Below the pieces are notes generated by a model. The model did not search any database, was not told where the DNA came from, and saw nothing but the letters and a program-made list of their open reading frames with translations. The position numbers and the translations under genes are program-made. Shown piece after piece: positions 36,385 to 49,990 of a DNA stretch of 64,000 nt. The DNA lies in the NCBI GenBank assembly GCA_026770705.1, contig JANJGN010000026.1, positions 35,030,001-35,094,000 on the forward strand. The letters are read 5' to 3'. Positions within the stretch are counted from its first letter, which is position 1. Every line of letters starts with the position of its first letter. This DNA is from Isurus oxyrinchus. Its lineage: Eukaryota.

Positions 36385-36720
36385 ACATAGAGCAATTCAC
36401 CAAGGCTCCTTCGACCGCACCTTCCAAACCCACGACTATTGCCATCTAGAAGGACAAGGCAGCGGATAGATGGGAGTAACACCATCTGGAAGTTCCCCTC
36501 CGAGTCACTCACCATCCTAACATGGAAATATATCACCGTTCCTTCACTGCCGCTGGATGAAAATCCTGGAACTTCTTTCCTTACAGCACTCTGGATGTAC
36601 CTACACCACCTGGACTACAGCAGTTCAAGGAGCAGCTCACCATCACTTTCTCAATAGCAAGTATGGATGGGCAATAAATGCTGGCCGAGCCAGCGAAGTC
36701 CACACCCCGTCAATGAGTAA
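36385..36720 (+). mobile_element. LINE 3' fragment of the 1600-2735 family
   Basis: caccttccaaacccacgac..gggcaataaatgctggcc tail. Confidence 0.7.
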
Positions 36721-38139
36721 AAGAAAAGCTCTCCCTATAATTTAAACAACATTTCGAGCACTGACCCCTGCTGCAGTTTATACTTAAAACTTTGTTAGAA
36801 ACTCAGTGGTGGATTCTGCCTCTCTGTACAAGTAAGGATATATTTAAAAAACCATAACCTCCAGAACCTTCGGATTTGTAAATGAGATTGCATCGCATCG
36901 ACTCTCTGCATCCAGTTACTGAAGACAGAACACTCCGAGCGGGTCCAAAGCTCCCAGGGTGAGATGCAGGCTGAATACTCATTAACAAGAACTAACACCC
37001 ATAGTGCATGAAAAACTGTCCTTACAACTCTCATTCAGGTTAGAAGAAGATGTGGTGCAGGGAGAAGCAAAATAAAAGGGGTTTGAATTGTCTTTCGCTC
37101 CTTTATCATCGATCCCCACCCTCGATACAATGAATGGCTTCAGAAAACACAGCTCATCACATATTTTCATCATATTTTAGTATCCTTTCCCCATCTTCAG
37201 AATTCACTTCTCAGTGTCTATCTTTCATTCATATTTTAATATTCCTTTCCCCATCTTCAGAAATATCATCTCAGGGTGTATTCATCATTTATATTTTAAT
37301 ATCCCTTTCCCCATCTTCCAGACCTTTCATTCACTTGCCTTGCCCAGTAATTAGTATCAGATTTTAATCCTTCGACATCGCTTTCTGAGGATCATTAAGG
37401 AAAAGCTGCTGTGGGGATAGAAACAGAGGTAGATTGCTGACTGTGATTGATATACTTTCAAAATACATTGAGAATTAAAGTTGGGGTATCCGGCCCTCAC
37501 CATGGACCTCTGTTAATGCAGGGCAAACATGCAAAACTTTCAATAGCTTCATTTTCCAACCCAGTCACCCAGAATAGCCACATGAAGATAAAATGAATGT
37601 CCCAATTGGATACATCATATTTCATGACAGTGATTAGAATCATAAAATTATGGCGTGGTTACAGCACAGAGGAAGGCCATTCATCGCATCTTATCTGTGC
37701 CGGCCCTCTGTGAGAGTAGCTAAGCCAGAATCAGCACCTTTCCCCCATGACCTGCAAATCATTTATGAAATTCCAGCAAGATCAGTTCTCTGGAAAATCT
37801 TTTCTTATCGTTGATCGATTCACTTTTTGATCTTTTAATTTTCCAGAGAATGGCTAACGCGGCAGCCTCCTACCTGTTTGTTCTCCAGCATCTAACCAGG
37901 TGACTGACGTGTTCCTCAACAACACGTCCGATATTCGGGCTGGTTGCAGTTTGCAAATGTCAAAAGCAATTGGTGACAATTCACTTTGGTGGCCCAGTCA
38001 AGTCTTCACAATCTGCCCGAAACCAACCTTCACCCACTGCGGCTCTGTGTTCAAATTTGTCCAGACAAAGTGGATCCAGACCTATTTTTCTAGTGGAAGG
38101 TCATTGGACTGAGCAGTGAGTCAGAAAGTTTACCTTTTC

Positions 38140-39260
38140 AGGCACTTGGGACTACCAAACTGGAGAGGATGCAAAGGAGATTTACCAGGATTTTGCCTGG
38201 GATGAAATATTTAAGTTATGAAGAGAGGTTGGATATATTGTACCATTGTCGCTGACATCTTTTGATGATCTGCTTCTATCACTGCTTGTTTGTCCACACA
38301 ACCACCTCTCTCTCTATCTCTCCGCCCCCCACACACACACACCTTAAACCAGCTTATATTTCAACTCTTTCTTGGACTCGAAATCAAGTTCTGTCGAAGG
38401 GTCATGAGGACTCGAAACATCAACTGTTTTCTTCTCCACCGATGCTGCCAGACCTGCTGAGTTTTTCCAGGTAATTCTGTTTTTGTTTTGGATATACTTG
38501 CGTTGTTTTCGTTGGAGCAGAGAAGACTGAGGGGCGACTGGATCGAGATGTACAAGATTATGAGGGGCATGGACAGGGTGGATAGGGAGGAGCTGTTCCC
38601 CTTAGTTGAAGGGTCAGTCACAAGGGGGTATAAGTTCAAGGTGAGGGGCTGGAGGTTAAGGGGGGATGTGAGGAATTTTTTTTTTTACCCAGAGGGTGGT
38701 GACGTTTGGAATGCACTCCTTGGGAGGGTGATGAAGGCAGGTTGTCTCACATACTTTAACAAGGGTAGTAGTTGTGAGGAATTCGCTGCCCAAGTTGGTA
38801 GTAGACGCAGAAACTTTAAACTCTTTTAAAAAGTACCTGCAGCTGCACCTAAAGTGCTGTAAGCTGCAGGGCTATGGGCGGGGTGCAAACAGGTGTGATT
38901 AGAAAGGGCAACTGGGTGTCCTCGGGCTGGCATGGACAAGATGGGCCGAATGGCCTCCTTCTGTGTTGTAACTTTTCTCTGGTTTTATGGTTCTAAATAC
39001 CTGGCTGAGCGCTTGGCACGTCATAACATACAAGGCTATGGGCGAAGTGCTGGTAAATGGGATTAACTAGGTAGATAAAAACAAAGAAAACTGCGGATCC
39101 TGGAAATCCAAAACAAAAACAGAATTACCTGGAAAAACTCAGCAGGTCTGGCAGCATCGGCGGAGAAGAAAAGAGTTGACGTTTCGAGTCCTCATGACCC
39201 TTCGACAGAACTTGATTTCGAGTCCAAGAAAGAGTTGAAATATAAGCTGGTTTAAGGTGT

Positions 39261-39291
<31 letters not shown>

Positions 39292-40010
39292 GGGGGGGGG
39301 GCGGAGAGAGAGAGAGAGAGACAGAGGTGCTTGTGTAGACAAACAAGCAGTGATAGAAGCAGATCATCAAAAGATGTCAGTGACAATGGTACAAAAGAAC
39401 ACATAGGTGTTAAAGTTAAAGTTGGTGATATTATCTAAACGAATGTGCTAATTAAGAATGGATGGTAGGGCACTCAAGGTACAGCTCTAGTGGGGGTGGG
39501 GGGAGCATAAAAGATTTTAAAATATTTAAAAATAATGGAAATAGGTAGGAAAAGAAAAATCTATAAAATTTATTGGGAAAAAAAAGGGGGGAAAAAGGGG
39601 GAAACAGAAAGGGGGTGGGGATGGGGGAAGGAGCTCACGACCTAAAGTTATTGAATTCAATATTCAGACTGGAAGGCTGTAAGGTGCCTAGTCGGAAGAT
39701 GAAGTGTTGTTCCTCCAGTTTGCGTTGGGCTTCACTGGAACAATGCAGTAAGCCAAGGACAGACATGTGGGCAAGAGAGCAGGGTGGAGTGTTAAAATGG
39801 CAAGGAACAGGGAGGTTTGGGTCATTCTTGCGGACAGACCGCAGGTGTTCTGCAAAGCGGTCGCCCAGTTTACGTTTGGTCTCTCCAATGTAGAGGAGAC
39901 CACATTGGGAGCAACGAATTAACTAGGTAGGTCAGGTTTTTCTCAGGTCTTGGTGCAGACTCGATGGGCCGAAGGGCCTCTTCTGCACTCTGTGATTCTG
40001 TGATTTTGTG
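38140..40010 (+). mobile_element. CR1 fragment carrying two nested Penelope-like insertions (~38240-38490 and ~39075-39917)
   Basis: CR1 motifs LFSLEQRRLRGD. Direct repeats ttggatata flank the first insert and attaactaggtag flank the second. The second carries a GIY-YIG fragment. Confidence 0.8.
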
Positions 40011-40947
40011 AATTCAAGGGAGACGTCAGCATTATTGCTGTCGGTAAACGGATTCACCCAGCCAAGGGGTGGGGGGCGGTGGGGGGGGGGGGGTGGGGGG
40101 GGGGGCGTGGCGGTGGGGTGTGGGGCGCGGAGGGGTGAGGGGGGGGGGCGGTGGTGGTGGGGAGGTGGAGGGGGAGGGAGGTTGCAGCGGTGTTGGAGTT
40201 GGGGGAGGTGGTGAATACAAACAATTAAAGCAGCTGAAACAAAATGTAGAATTTCCTCAAATATTGAACACTAACAAGGTAAAATGGAAACCACACAGAC
40301 CTGTTGGTGTTGCTATAATAACTGCAGATGAATGTGAAAGAGATCCTTGAGTCCACGGAGCTCCAATTTACAGGGAATGCTGTCGAGAACACCTTGGATA
40401 CTGACAGGAAAGGTTACCTTTTCATGATATCTTGACACTGGCAGGGCCAGAAAGATATCATATCTGTCGTCGCTGTTTAATTGCAGCCTTTGCCTGTACA
40501 GCACATGGACAAAAGAAGCGTGAGGACGTTGCTTCTATAATAATATGCCCATTGAAAATGATGTAGCTCCAGCTCTCTATGAGAACCATGTTAGCCCCAG
40601 GTTCGCGAAATGAACTCCAATGTTATTATTTAACTGCAAATGCCTTCACCATTGATTTCGGATTGAAGTGTACAGGCGAAAGCAGACTTTGGATGACAGA
40701 AAAATCCCAACCCAATCGGAATTGTAATTCCTAATGGCAAATGTATTTAATTTCAAACTTTCAAGTTGAGTAGCTAGCTTATTTGTAATGAAGTAAGCTA
40801 TGAAATTATTGGCATTAGCAAAGATAGAATATTATGAGTTCAAATCGAAGGGCTGAAATATCTTTTTTTCGTTAATTTAGATGAAAGCAAATGCCAGTCA
40901 GCCTTCTTTGGGGCAATATGGCCAGTGGCAGACACAGCGAATCCGCA

Positions 40948-40963
40948 CCGCCACCTGCTGGCC
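40948..40963 (-). promoter_or_regulatory. CTCF-like motif
   Basis: GGCCAGCAGGTGGCGG, ~300 bp upstream of the family-C leader relic. Confidence 0.55.
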
Positions 40964-41269
40964 TGGTTTAAATGAACACCTTTGGGAGGATCTCAGAGAT
41001 CATTGTTCAGTATTTGTGTTCTCTCTGTTTTCATTATTCGGTCTGATTCAGGATGATGAGGCGAGCGCTCCTCCCACTTTCCACCAAATCTGAGCAAGAA
41101 CCTCCCTCACAGTTCACTCTGTGAGGTGGAGTCCCAGAAGGTTGCTTCTAGCGGGCACAGTGTTCTGGTGTTCGTTAAGATTGATGCACAACAGCACTGA
41201 CTTCTCCAGAAGCAGCTACCCTGGCCTGAATCTGCCGACAGTTAATTTACCCAAGTTGATAGGACACGA

Positions 41270-41693
41270 AATGGTGGTAATTCTGGATTTCACACTCTAT
41301 CATCTACCTGAGTGCGGCACACATCATTAAATGCCTATAATATCACATATATTGTAATACATATAGTCTAACAGTATAATATATTATATTATATATTATA
41401 TTGTACAGTATAATATATATTATTCGTTTATTCGTCGCTGTCTAGGCCACCAGTTATTGCCCATCCCTCCCTAATTGACCTTGATGAAAGGGCATTTGAG
41501 AGTCAACCACATCGCTGTGGGACCAGAGTCACATGTAGGTCAGACCAAATAAGGATGGCAGGTTTCCTGCCCTAAAGAGCATAAATGAACCAGATGCTTT
41601 TTAAGACAACCGACAGTCGTTTCATGGACATATTCCCAGATTTGTATTGAATTCAAATTTCAATATTTGCCTGTTTTCGAAATATATGTATGT

Positions 41694-41768
<75 letters not shown>

Positions 41769-42185
41769 AATATAATTATGCTATATTCTGTTCGATTGCA
41801 TTTTCCAGTATTCTATCATCTTGTATTTTGTTATTTTGTATTTTATTATTATAAGTTATATGGAATTGCGCTTTTTTTTTTACAAATTATGTACATTATA
41901 TCTCATGCAACTGGCAGTAATGGAGTATGACAGTCAGCGGTTGTTGCAGAAGGAGACATTGCATCATTGATCTGTTTTACCAAAGTAGCAGGACGGATCA
42001 GACGATATCCGGACAGAACAATGCAGCACTTGGCGAGAAGTACCAGCAATCGGAACAAGATCAAGGCTTGGCCCAATTTAGCGTAGTGAAGTGCTCAGAA
42101 TGTTGGCAACGCTCGAGTGACAGACGCTATTTCTGTTTCTTTAAGGCACAATGTGTCACCTCGCAGTAAGGATCATAGAAAAGCC
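41270..42185 (+). pseudogene. TCR V pseudogene, family C
   Basis: 41150-41310 aligns to 9320-9445. Exon ~41905-42146 aligns to 9644-9907 (SAVVAEGDIASLIC..YPDRTMQHLA..ARVTD..YFC) with deletions. RSS CACAATG-23-AGAAAAGCC at 42147-42185. Confidence 0.72.
41685..41765. repeat. (TG)n microsatellite
   Basis: Direct inspection. Confidence 0.95.
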
Positions 42186-42509
42186 TCCTGAGGGAGGTGG
42201 GTGACAGTTTGTAGCCTGTGCCCTTATCAAAGAGCTGGGAGTTTGATAACAATCTCCCCGGAAAAGGGCCCTCCGTCTCCCAATAAGTGAATCCTGCCCT
42301 GATCATTGTTCACGCTACAAAATCAGACCAGAAGGGTCAACATCCATTTAGCATTAATTTATTTCCTGTCAAAATAGAAATCAAACACCATATGTTCTAT
42401 ACGTTCCTTTCTGAACTTCTGTGTGGTGGGCCTATGTTTAAATAATCATTGGGTATTTCATGTTTAAGTCCAGTTCTAGACTTTGGCACATTCTGTGCTT
42501 TGTTACAGG

Positions 42510-42720
42510 CACGAGGGAATGGGAGAGATTAAGAGTCCCTGGATCCTTCTGGGTTAATTGTCTGGAAAAAAGGTAGTAACGTTAGGCTGCAGTTTCTACA
42601 TGTCTGATAACTTTCTCTCGCTCTGTTGGTGCATTAATATTCCGGGTGATCTCAGAGATATTTTCTCAGGAGATGTAACTCGAGGCATTGAGTTAGTTCT
42701 CAATATTTCCATACAGGTTC
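42510..42720 (+). pseudogene. Possible V relic
   Basis: After ttgttacag: KKVVTLGCSFYMSDNFLSLCWCINIPG..DIFSG..LVLNIS resembles FR1-FR3 with deletions. No RSS. Confidence 0.3.
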
Positions 42721-42866
42721 CCTGTTTCCCTGGACAAGGACCAAAAGAGTAATGCAACTGTTTGAGAGACAAACCTGCCAATCTTTCTCCTAGGCTTTGT
42801 TGGGATCAAAGTTCCTGCCGGTAATAGTGCAGAAGCGTACTTAACGGTCTTGTAAATATTTGCTGA

Positions 42867-43387
42867 GGTTTTTGTACAGCGTCGTGGCTGTTATCTGGCG
42901 CTGTGCCTCACTACACAGTAATAGACCACGCAGTCCTTCTCCACACTCAGTCCGCTTATATTGAGGTAACCAGACCTTGTAGACCTGTCAGCAGCCGCCA
43001 GATATTGCCTTCAGATTTTGTCTTCTTTCAGCACTACTGTCCTGCTGATTATCCAGCCTGGAGTCTGTGCAGGCTTCTGCCGATGCCATTGCATATACTC
43101 AATATCCAGGGTTTTATATTCACAATGTAACTGCACAGAACCCCCATCTAACATGGTTGTTGTCAGTGGAGACTGAGTCACTGGATCTGCAAATAGTCCG
43201 CCTGTGGAGTTAGAGGTACAAAAAAGCACAAGGTTCAATCTAAACCTGCATCTATCTGTATGTGCAAATTCCCACCTATCAAGATGTCTAATCGCATTAC
43301 ATCCTATTGCAAACTCTTTGCATCAATCTGCTAACTTGCCTTGATGAACACAGTCCAGTACTTACTATCCAGTATTATCAGGAACAT
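42867..43387 (-). pseudogene. TCR V pseudogene, family A (best preserved copy)
   Basis: Shortened leader 43366-43387 with gtaagt. Exon ADPVTQSPLTTTMLDGGSVQLHC..WHRQKP..KI*RQ..VYYCVVR. RSS CACAGCG-23-ACAAAAACC at 42867-42905. Confidence 0.87.
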
Positions 43388-43590
43388 GTCTGAGTGAATC
43401 TCTCTTTCTCTCAATGTGAATGAAATGATTTAGAGAGTGAGAAGAAGATAGGAAACCCGGGCTTTGTTTAACTCATTGTTCCACCCACACACTGCTGGGG
43501 GCCAGGCCCATCGTGACCTCACTCAAGCTACCATCCTTATTGGCTGTGGTGTTGGTCACGCGTGACTTTCTAATCAACATGTATAAACCT

Positions 43591-43606
43591 GGCGCCATCT
43601 GCTGGC
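43591..43606 (-). promoter_or_regulatory. Promoter-upstream CTCF-like motif
   Basis: GCCAGCAGATGGCGCC, ~205 bp upstream of the ATG at 43387. Confidence 0.6.
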
Positions 43607-44647
43607 AGATTCTGTTCAATTTGGTTGAGAATGGGGCCTTTGGGTGGCTGTGGAATTCATTGGTATACATATTAAAACAAGCATGCCAGATATTGTTTCC
43701 AAGGAATTGAAATTGGAGCTTATCAGACTCAAGCTTTCTTTTGTGTTTATGCCAGAGAATAATGCATTTCTTTCTATATTACTGTTTGAAAATCAAGGAA
43801 AAACTATTTAGATAGGATGATAATATATAAGATATTACACATTAGAAGTAATGCACGAGGCAGGTACTAAGTGTGGCGGCCTTAAATGTAAACAGACGAG
43901 GAAAACTGGCGTTATTCTTTTATGAAAGGATTTAAAGGAGATACTTAATTGAAGTAGTCAAAATGATAAGAGATCTGATGTAATAAATCGTGCATTATTG
44001 AGCCCAGTGGCAGAAAATTCGATAACGCATACACCCCATTTTCAGAGAAGAAAATGTAAGAAAAAATAAACAAAAAGGTGAAATTCACTCATTACACTGT
44101 GTTGAAACCTAAAATACACGACCTAAAGGATGGAAGAAGAACATTCAATCGGAACCTTCAAAAAGAAATTGTTTGCAAGTTGAAAATGAGAAAACTTGCC
44201 CCTCATGCGGAAACTGCAGGAGTTGAAAGGCGGTTTTGATAACTCTTCCAAACAGACACAGGGATGGTATGGCAAATAATCTAATTCAGTGGTTTAAAAT
44301 TACATGATTCAAGTTTCTTCATGCCTCTTCTGCTCTATTTGCTCTCTGTCACTTGAACAGTGAGCAGCTGCAGGATTGTCACAAACTTGTGAAATTTCAA
44401 CCGTCGCTATTTCCGCTCCCTTAGTTCAGAGAGCAGCTGAGAGTTATCGCGCACTTCACTTAATATTGAGTCTGCGGTATCCCCGCCCACAGCTGGTCAG
44501 TCTCTGACCCGATTATGTTATTGGAACGATTGCTGGCGCTGGTTCATTCTTCTCATTGTTTGGCTGGGCACTGCAGTGGGGCGGGGGTCTGTATTTCTGC
44601 TTTGACACAGGATTTTTTGCATGTAAGTTACAGACTCATGACGTATC

Positions 44648-45193
44648 AAGGGGAACAATTTCACTCCGCTTTTCATTGTTATATCATTTCTCAGCAAGCA
44701 TCTCCTTCCCAGTAAAGTCCACTGTCCTCCTGATTGCTGTGACCCAGATGTCATTGTTGTTAAAATAATAGTGATGGCGGTGATGATGATTATGTTGACC
44801 GACACGAAGCTGATGCTGACTATTGTTTTTACTTTTCTTTAATGTTAGAATGGGGCAACCAAGGCACAGTAGAACAGCCGGTTCATGAAATACTGGATGA
44901 AGAGGAAATTAATGCTGCACAAACTTACATTTTTAAAGCAAACAATCGCAGCTTTTATGTGTAGTGGCACAGTGAGCATCCCAGGCAGCCTCCAGAGTGG
45001 AAGCTTCATCATGTTCGAAAGAATGTGTACAGGAGCGCCGATATCAATCATTGGTTTTCTTCTTCGCTTAATTAGAAATGCCAAGATCGTTGATCTAACG
45101 ATCGGCAACACATTGATTTCCCACTCTGCCGTGTATTTCTGTGCCATGAGCCAAACACTGCTACAGAGAGATCGTGGAACGAAGACAAAAACT
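44648..45193 (+). pseudogene. TCR V pseudogene, family D (inverted copy)
   Basis: Start and donor mutated; frameshifts; ..LISHSAVYFCAMSQ. RSS AACACTG-24-ACAAAAACT. CTCF-like CTCAGCAGAGGGCGCT at 45214-45229. Confidence 0.8.
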
Positions 45194-45782
45194 CACAGTT
45201 TTTTCAATTACCGCTCAGCAGAGGGCGCTGTCACACCCACAAAAAAGGAAGAATTCTACTTCGAATGTGAGGTCACGCGGACCTTTTCAAAAGATCATCA
45301 CATTCAACAAGAACAGCTAATTACATTAGCTTGTCTTTAAAATTTGAATTTATAATAAAACGAACTTTGTAAATGGCAATGTAATGCTTCAATTCCACTT
45401 ATCCTTTTCGACGCATTTCCCTGCTGACTTCTTTCTTATCATCCCTTCTCCTTTCGGTAAAAAAAATGTGTACAGTTTCTTCTTTCAGTCTTTGATTTAA
45501 GGAGATGGCCCTTTGCTACTTCTCTGGGTATTAATTCACAACCCCTCCAACCCCGATGCCTATAGATTCAGCCCTGGATACGAGAGGTTATTCATGAAAA
45601 AAATTGTCTTTAATTGAATAATATAATAATCCTGATAGTCCTGTGCCGAATCTGCTCGTCCCCAGTATGGAATGAATATGTGAGTGCCGCAACTCTTCTA
45701 GAGAGACAGACTTATATCCTTTTCGAAGCGGATATTACTACTGGTTCGCTTCCTTGCAGATGAATCCGAATGTATGATATCA

Positions 45783-48035
45783 TGAAGATAAAAGCAAAAT
45801 ACTGCGGATGAAACAAAAAGAAAAATACCTAGAAAGACTCAACAGGTCTGACAGAATCTGCGAAGCGGAATACAGTTGACATTTCGACTATGTATGACTC
45901 TTCATCAGAACTAAGGAAAAAGAGAAATGAGATGAAATATATGCTGTTGGGTGGGGGTGGGGGGGGGGGGGGGGGTGCCGTGTGGTGGGACAAGTAGAGC
46001 TGGGTAGGGGGCCAGTGATAGGTGGAGGCAAAGAAGAGATTGCCAAAGATGTCATAGACAAAATGACAAAGGGGTGTTGACGGTGGTGACATTATCTAAG
46101 GAATGTGCTCATGGGGATATTAAGGGTAGCAAGCAGGACAAGCTGGTGGCAGATGGCCCAATTGCGGGTGGGGCGGGGGGAAGGGATCGAATTGGGCTGA
46201 AAGGTGGAGATTAAAAAAATAGATCGAAATAAATTTTAAAATAGGTGGGGAAAAATATATTTTTATTATATATTATTGGAAAAGGGGGTATCGGAAAGGG
46301 GGTGGAGATGGAAGAGAGAGTTCATGATCTGAAATTGTTGAACTCAATTTTAAGTCCGGAAGGCTGCAAAGTACCTAGTAGGAAGATGAGGTGTCCTTCC
46401 TCCAGTTTGCGTTGAACTTCACTGGAACCTTGCAGCAGGCCAAGGACGGACATGTGGGCATGAGAGCAGGGTGGAGTGTATAAATGGCAAGCGACAGGGA
46501 GGTCTGGGTCATGCTTGCAGACAGGCCAAAGGTATTCTGCAAAGCGGTCACCCAGTCTGTGTTTGGTCTCTCCAATGTAGAGGAAACTGCATTGGAAGCA
46601 GCAAAGACAGTAGACTAAATTGAGGGAAGTGCAAGTGAAGCACTGCTGCACTTGAACGGAGTCTTTGGGCTCTTGGACGGTGAGAAGGGGTAAGTGTTGT
46701 ATCTTCTGTGGTTGCATGGGAAGGTGCCGTGGGAGGGGGGTGAGGTGTAGGGGGTGATGGAGGAGTGGACCAGAGTATCCCGGAGGGAATGATCCCTGCG
46801 GAAAGCCACCGGGGGAGCGAAGGGATTATGTGTTTAATGGTGGCATAATGCTGGTTTTGGTGGAACTGGCGGAGGATGATCCTTTGAATGCAGAGGCTGG
46901 TGGAGTGATAAGTGAGGACAAGGAGGACCCTATCATGGTTGTGGGAGGGAGAGGAAAGTGTGAGGATGGATGCGTAGGATATGGGTCGGAACTGTTGAGG
47001 GCCTTGTCAACAACCGTGGGTGGAAAATCGAGAATGCTTCACTGCCCCTGGTGGTTTTCTGCAGGGATCGTTCCCTCTGGGACACCCTAGTCCACTCCTC
47101 CATCACCCCCTACACCTTAACACCTTCCTACCGCACCTTATCATGCAACCACAGAAGTTGCAACACCTGCCCCTTTACTTCCCCCCTCCTCACCGTCCAA
47201 GAGCCCAAAGACTCCGTTCAAGTGCAGCAGTGCTTCACTTGCACTTCCCTCAATATAGTCTATTGCATTCGCTGCTCCCAATGCGGTCTCCTGCACCTTG
47301 GAGAGACGAAACGGAGACTGGGTGACCACTTTGTGGAACACCTTCAGCCTGTCTGCAAGCATGACCCAGACCTCCCTGTCGCTTGCCATTTCAACACACG
47401 ACCCTGCTCTCATGCCCACATGTCCGTCCTTGGCCTGCTGCATTGTTCCAGTGAAGCCCAACACAAACTGGAGGAACAGCATCTCATCTTCCGACTTTAG
47501 GCACTTTATAGCCATCTGGACTTAATATTCAGTTCAACAATTTCAGATCATGAACTGTCTCTTCCATCCCCACCCCCTTTCGGATCACCCTTTTTCCCAT
47601 AAATTATAATTTTAAAACATATATATTTCTCTTTTCCCACCTATTTTGAAATTTAATTCGATCTATTGTTTTATCTCCACCTTTCAGCTCATTTCAAACC
47701 CTTCCCCCCACCCAACACCCATTATGTCCATCTGCCACTAGCTTGTCCTGCTTGCTACCCTTAGGGTCCCTATTCCTTAGATAATATCACCACCGTCAAC
47801 ACCCCTTTGTCCTTTTGTCTATGACATCTTTGGCAATTTCTTCGTTGCCTCCTTATCACTGTCCCCCAATCCAACTCTACCTGTCCCACCCACCTCTGCC
47901 ATCTTATAGTTCACCACATTTCTCTGTTTTCCTAGTTCTGATGAAGAGTAATGTGGACTCGAAACGTCAATTGTATTCTTCTCCGTGGATGCTGTCAGAC
48001 CTGCTGAGCTTTTCCAGGTATTTTTGTTTCTGTTG
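45783..48035. mobile_element. Penelope-like element inserted as an inverted dimer with a 12-bp target-site duplication
   Basis: GIY-YIG motif on both strands (VYCLCC..YIGETKHRLGDRF on minus; VYCIRC..LGETKRRLGDHF on plus). tgtatgatatca at 45771-45782 and 48036-48047. Confidence 0.82.
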
Positions 48036-48462
48036 TGTATGATATCACTGCCTGCAATAACACCGCCCATATCATCATCCACTGCTGTCGTCAGATTGAC
48101 CCACCTTCTTTGCCGTTTATTATTGGAGAGTTTGCTGCCTTTGTTCTCTGATGTAATTGATTGGATGTGGGCGGCCCCGTGTTAGCTCAGAGACAGTGTG
48201 AGCCAATGTCACTATGAAGTAGTGAATGTAGGTGGCCAGGACATGAGTTCAGAGACAGTGTGAACCGGTGTTCATGTTAATCCTGAAGCGGTAAACTCCA
48301 AGGCTCGGCTTATTTCGCTAGTCCGACAGAAAAGCGCCTTGAGTTGGACCTGAAGCGAATGTTTGGTTCCTTGTTCAATCTTCAGAATACAATATCCTTT
48401 TCCTGGCCGTAACCTGATCTCCGTGGACAATTGCTTCAGCTGGCATTTCATGTGATCTGATA

Positions 48463-48828
48463 ATGCTGTGGATTTACAGAGTCTGTTTTCTCTTATCCAT
48501 TCTGATCTCCACTGAAGTGACCGGTGAAGATGAGGTGACGAAGCTCCCAGTGTGAATTGTTGTCAGTGAAGCGGGATTCGCATCCATGAACTGCACCATC
48601 ATCAGTGGGATGAACGTGGTGCGTTGGTACAGGCAGCTCCCCAATCAGCCACCCCAACATCTTGTAGTGGCCACAAGAGGAACTGATCAACACGGGAGGA
48701 TCTCTGCTTCAGTCGGGGGAGACAACAAACTCAGTATCCTGGCTATGAGGGATGCGCAAGTTACAGACACTGCCACCTATCTAAGTGCCATGAGTGTAAC
48801 AAACAAACTGAGAGCTCGTACAGAAACC
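48463..48828 (+). pseudogene. Single-exon family-F V pseudogene
   Basis: MLWIYRVCFLLSILISTEVTGEDEVTKLPV*..MNC..WYRQLPNQ..DTATYLSA (second Cys lost). Heptamer damaged; nonamer ACAGAAACC retained. Confidence 0.85.
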
Positions 48829-48888
48829 TACACAGAGTGGGGGCTCAGGTCTACGATGTTTCCATGATCGGCTTGTGAATTATGTGAT

Positions 48889-49019
48889 NNNNNNNNNNNN
48901 NNNNNNNNNNNNNNNNNNNNNNNNNNNNNNNNNNNNNNNNNNNNNNNNNNNNNNNNNNNNNNNNNNNNNNNNNNNNNNNNNNNNNNNNNNNNNNNNNNNN
49001 NNNNNNNNNNNNNNNNNNN
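48889..49019. other. Assembly gap
   Basis: Run of N. Confidence 0.99.
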
Positions 49020-49629
49020 GGGGACGGTGTTAAGGGCAAGAGCAAGGCAATGTAATATATAAAGGTTTAAACGTGATCAGAAATGCAGGGAGTTAGAAAC
49101 ATAGATGCTGAGAAAGGAAGCACAAACGCACAAGCCAGATTGAGTGAGAGGCAATGGTAAAGCGAATAGGTACAGGAATCATTCGTGAAAAGCTCATAAC
49201 ATGAGATAAATATGGAAAAATAAATGAAAGAAAGTGGAAAATAACAAACGTCATTCAAAGAGTTTAAAGATTCCATGAAGTCATAAATGTAAAGAACCTC
49301 AAATAAAATAGTATTCATTTATATTTAACAACACTCATACTTCATTGTTAGTTCCAAAGCTAAATTTTCTGAAAATGTTGCCTAAACACTGGTCATTGAA
49401 TCGTGCCACATGGATACATTTCCACTTTTCTCTTTGTTCTGATGTTGAAAAGTTCTTATGGGTTCTGCTAGGATAACGTGTGATCACACGTTACTCCCTG
49501 TTATCCACTGGACATTATAGGGGCAGAACTGGCAGTTACCCTGCACAGGCAGCCCCACCCACAGGTTTCCTTCGTTGTTATTCGTTTTGACCCTCATTGC
49601 TTGCTCTGTAGTAGTGGGTACATTTAATG

Positions 49630-49990
49630 GAAGGACAGTGGTATAATGATTATGTTGTTGCACTAGTAATTGAGCGACTCGGTTGCATGGGTTTAAGTCC
49701 CTCCACACAGCATGTGGCAAATTTAAATTTAAAGAGCAAAACCTGGGAATGAAATCAAGTTTTGTAATAGTGACCATGAAAGTAACAATGATTGGTGTAC
49801 CGATGTCCTTTGGGGAAGAAAATCTGCCATCTCTTCCTGGCCTGATCTACATGAGAATCAAGACCCGCAGCAATGTGTTTGGCTCATAACTCCCCTCCGA
49901 GACAGCCTCACCAACCACTCAGCTCATGGGCAATTAGGGATCGGCAACAAATGGGTCTTGTCAGCGACGCCTACATCTCATCAAATAATT
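49630..49990 (+). mobile_element. SINE
   Basis: tRNA-like head (ggacagtggtataatg..gggtttaagtccc) and tail gggcaattagggatcggcaacaaatg. Confidence 0.65.

Noticed and set aside
40065-40215. G-rich tract giving Gly/Pro-rich ORFs
   Set aside because: Simple low-complexity sequence, as at 10430, 16210 and 34340; no coding evidence.
40313-40504. LYRQ-containing ORF as a V relic
   Set aside because: No flanking Cys motifs, splice sites or RSS.
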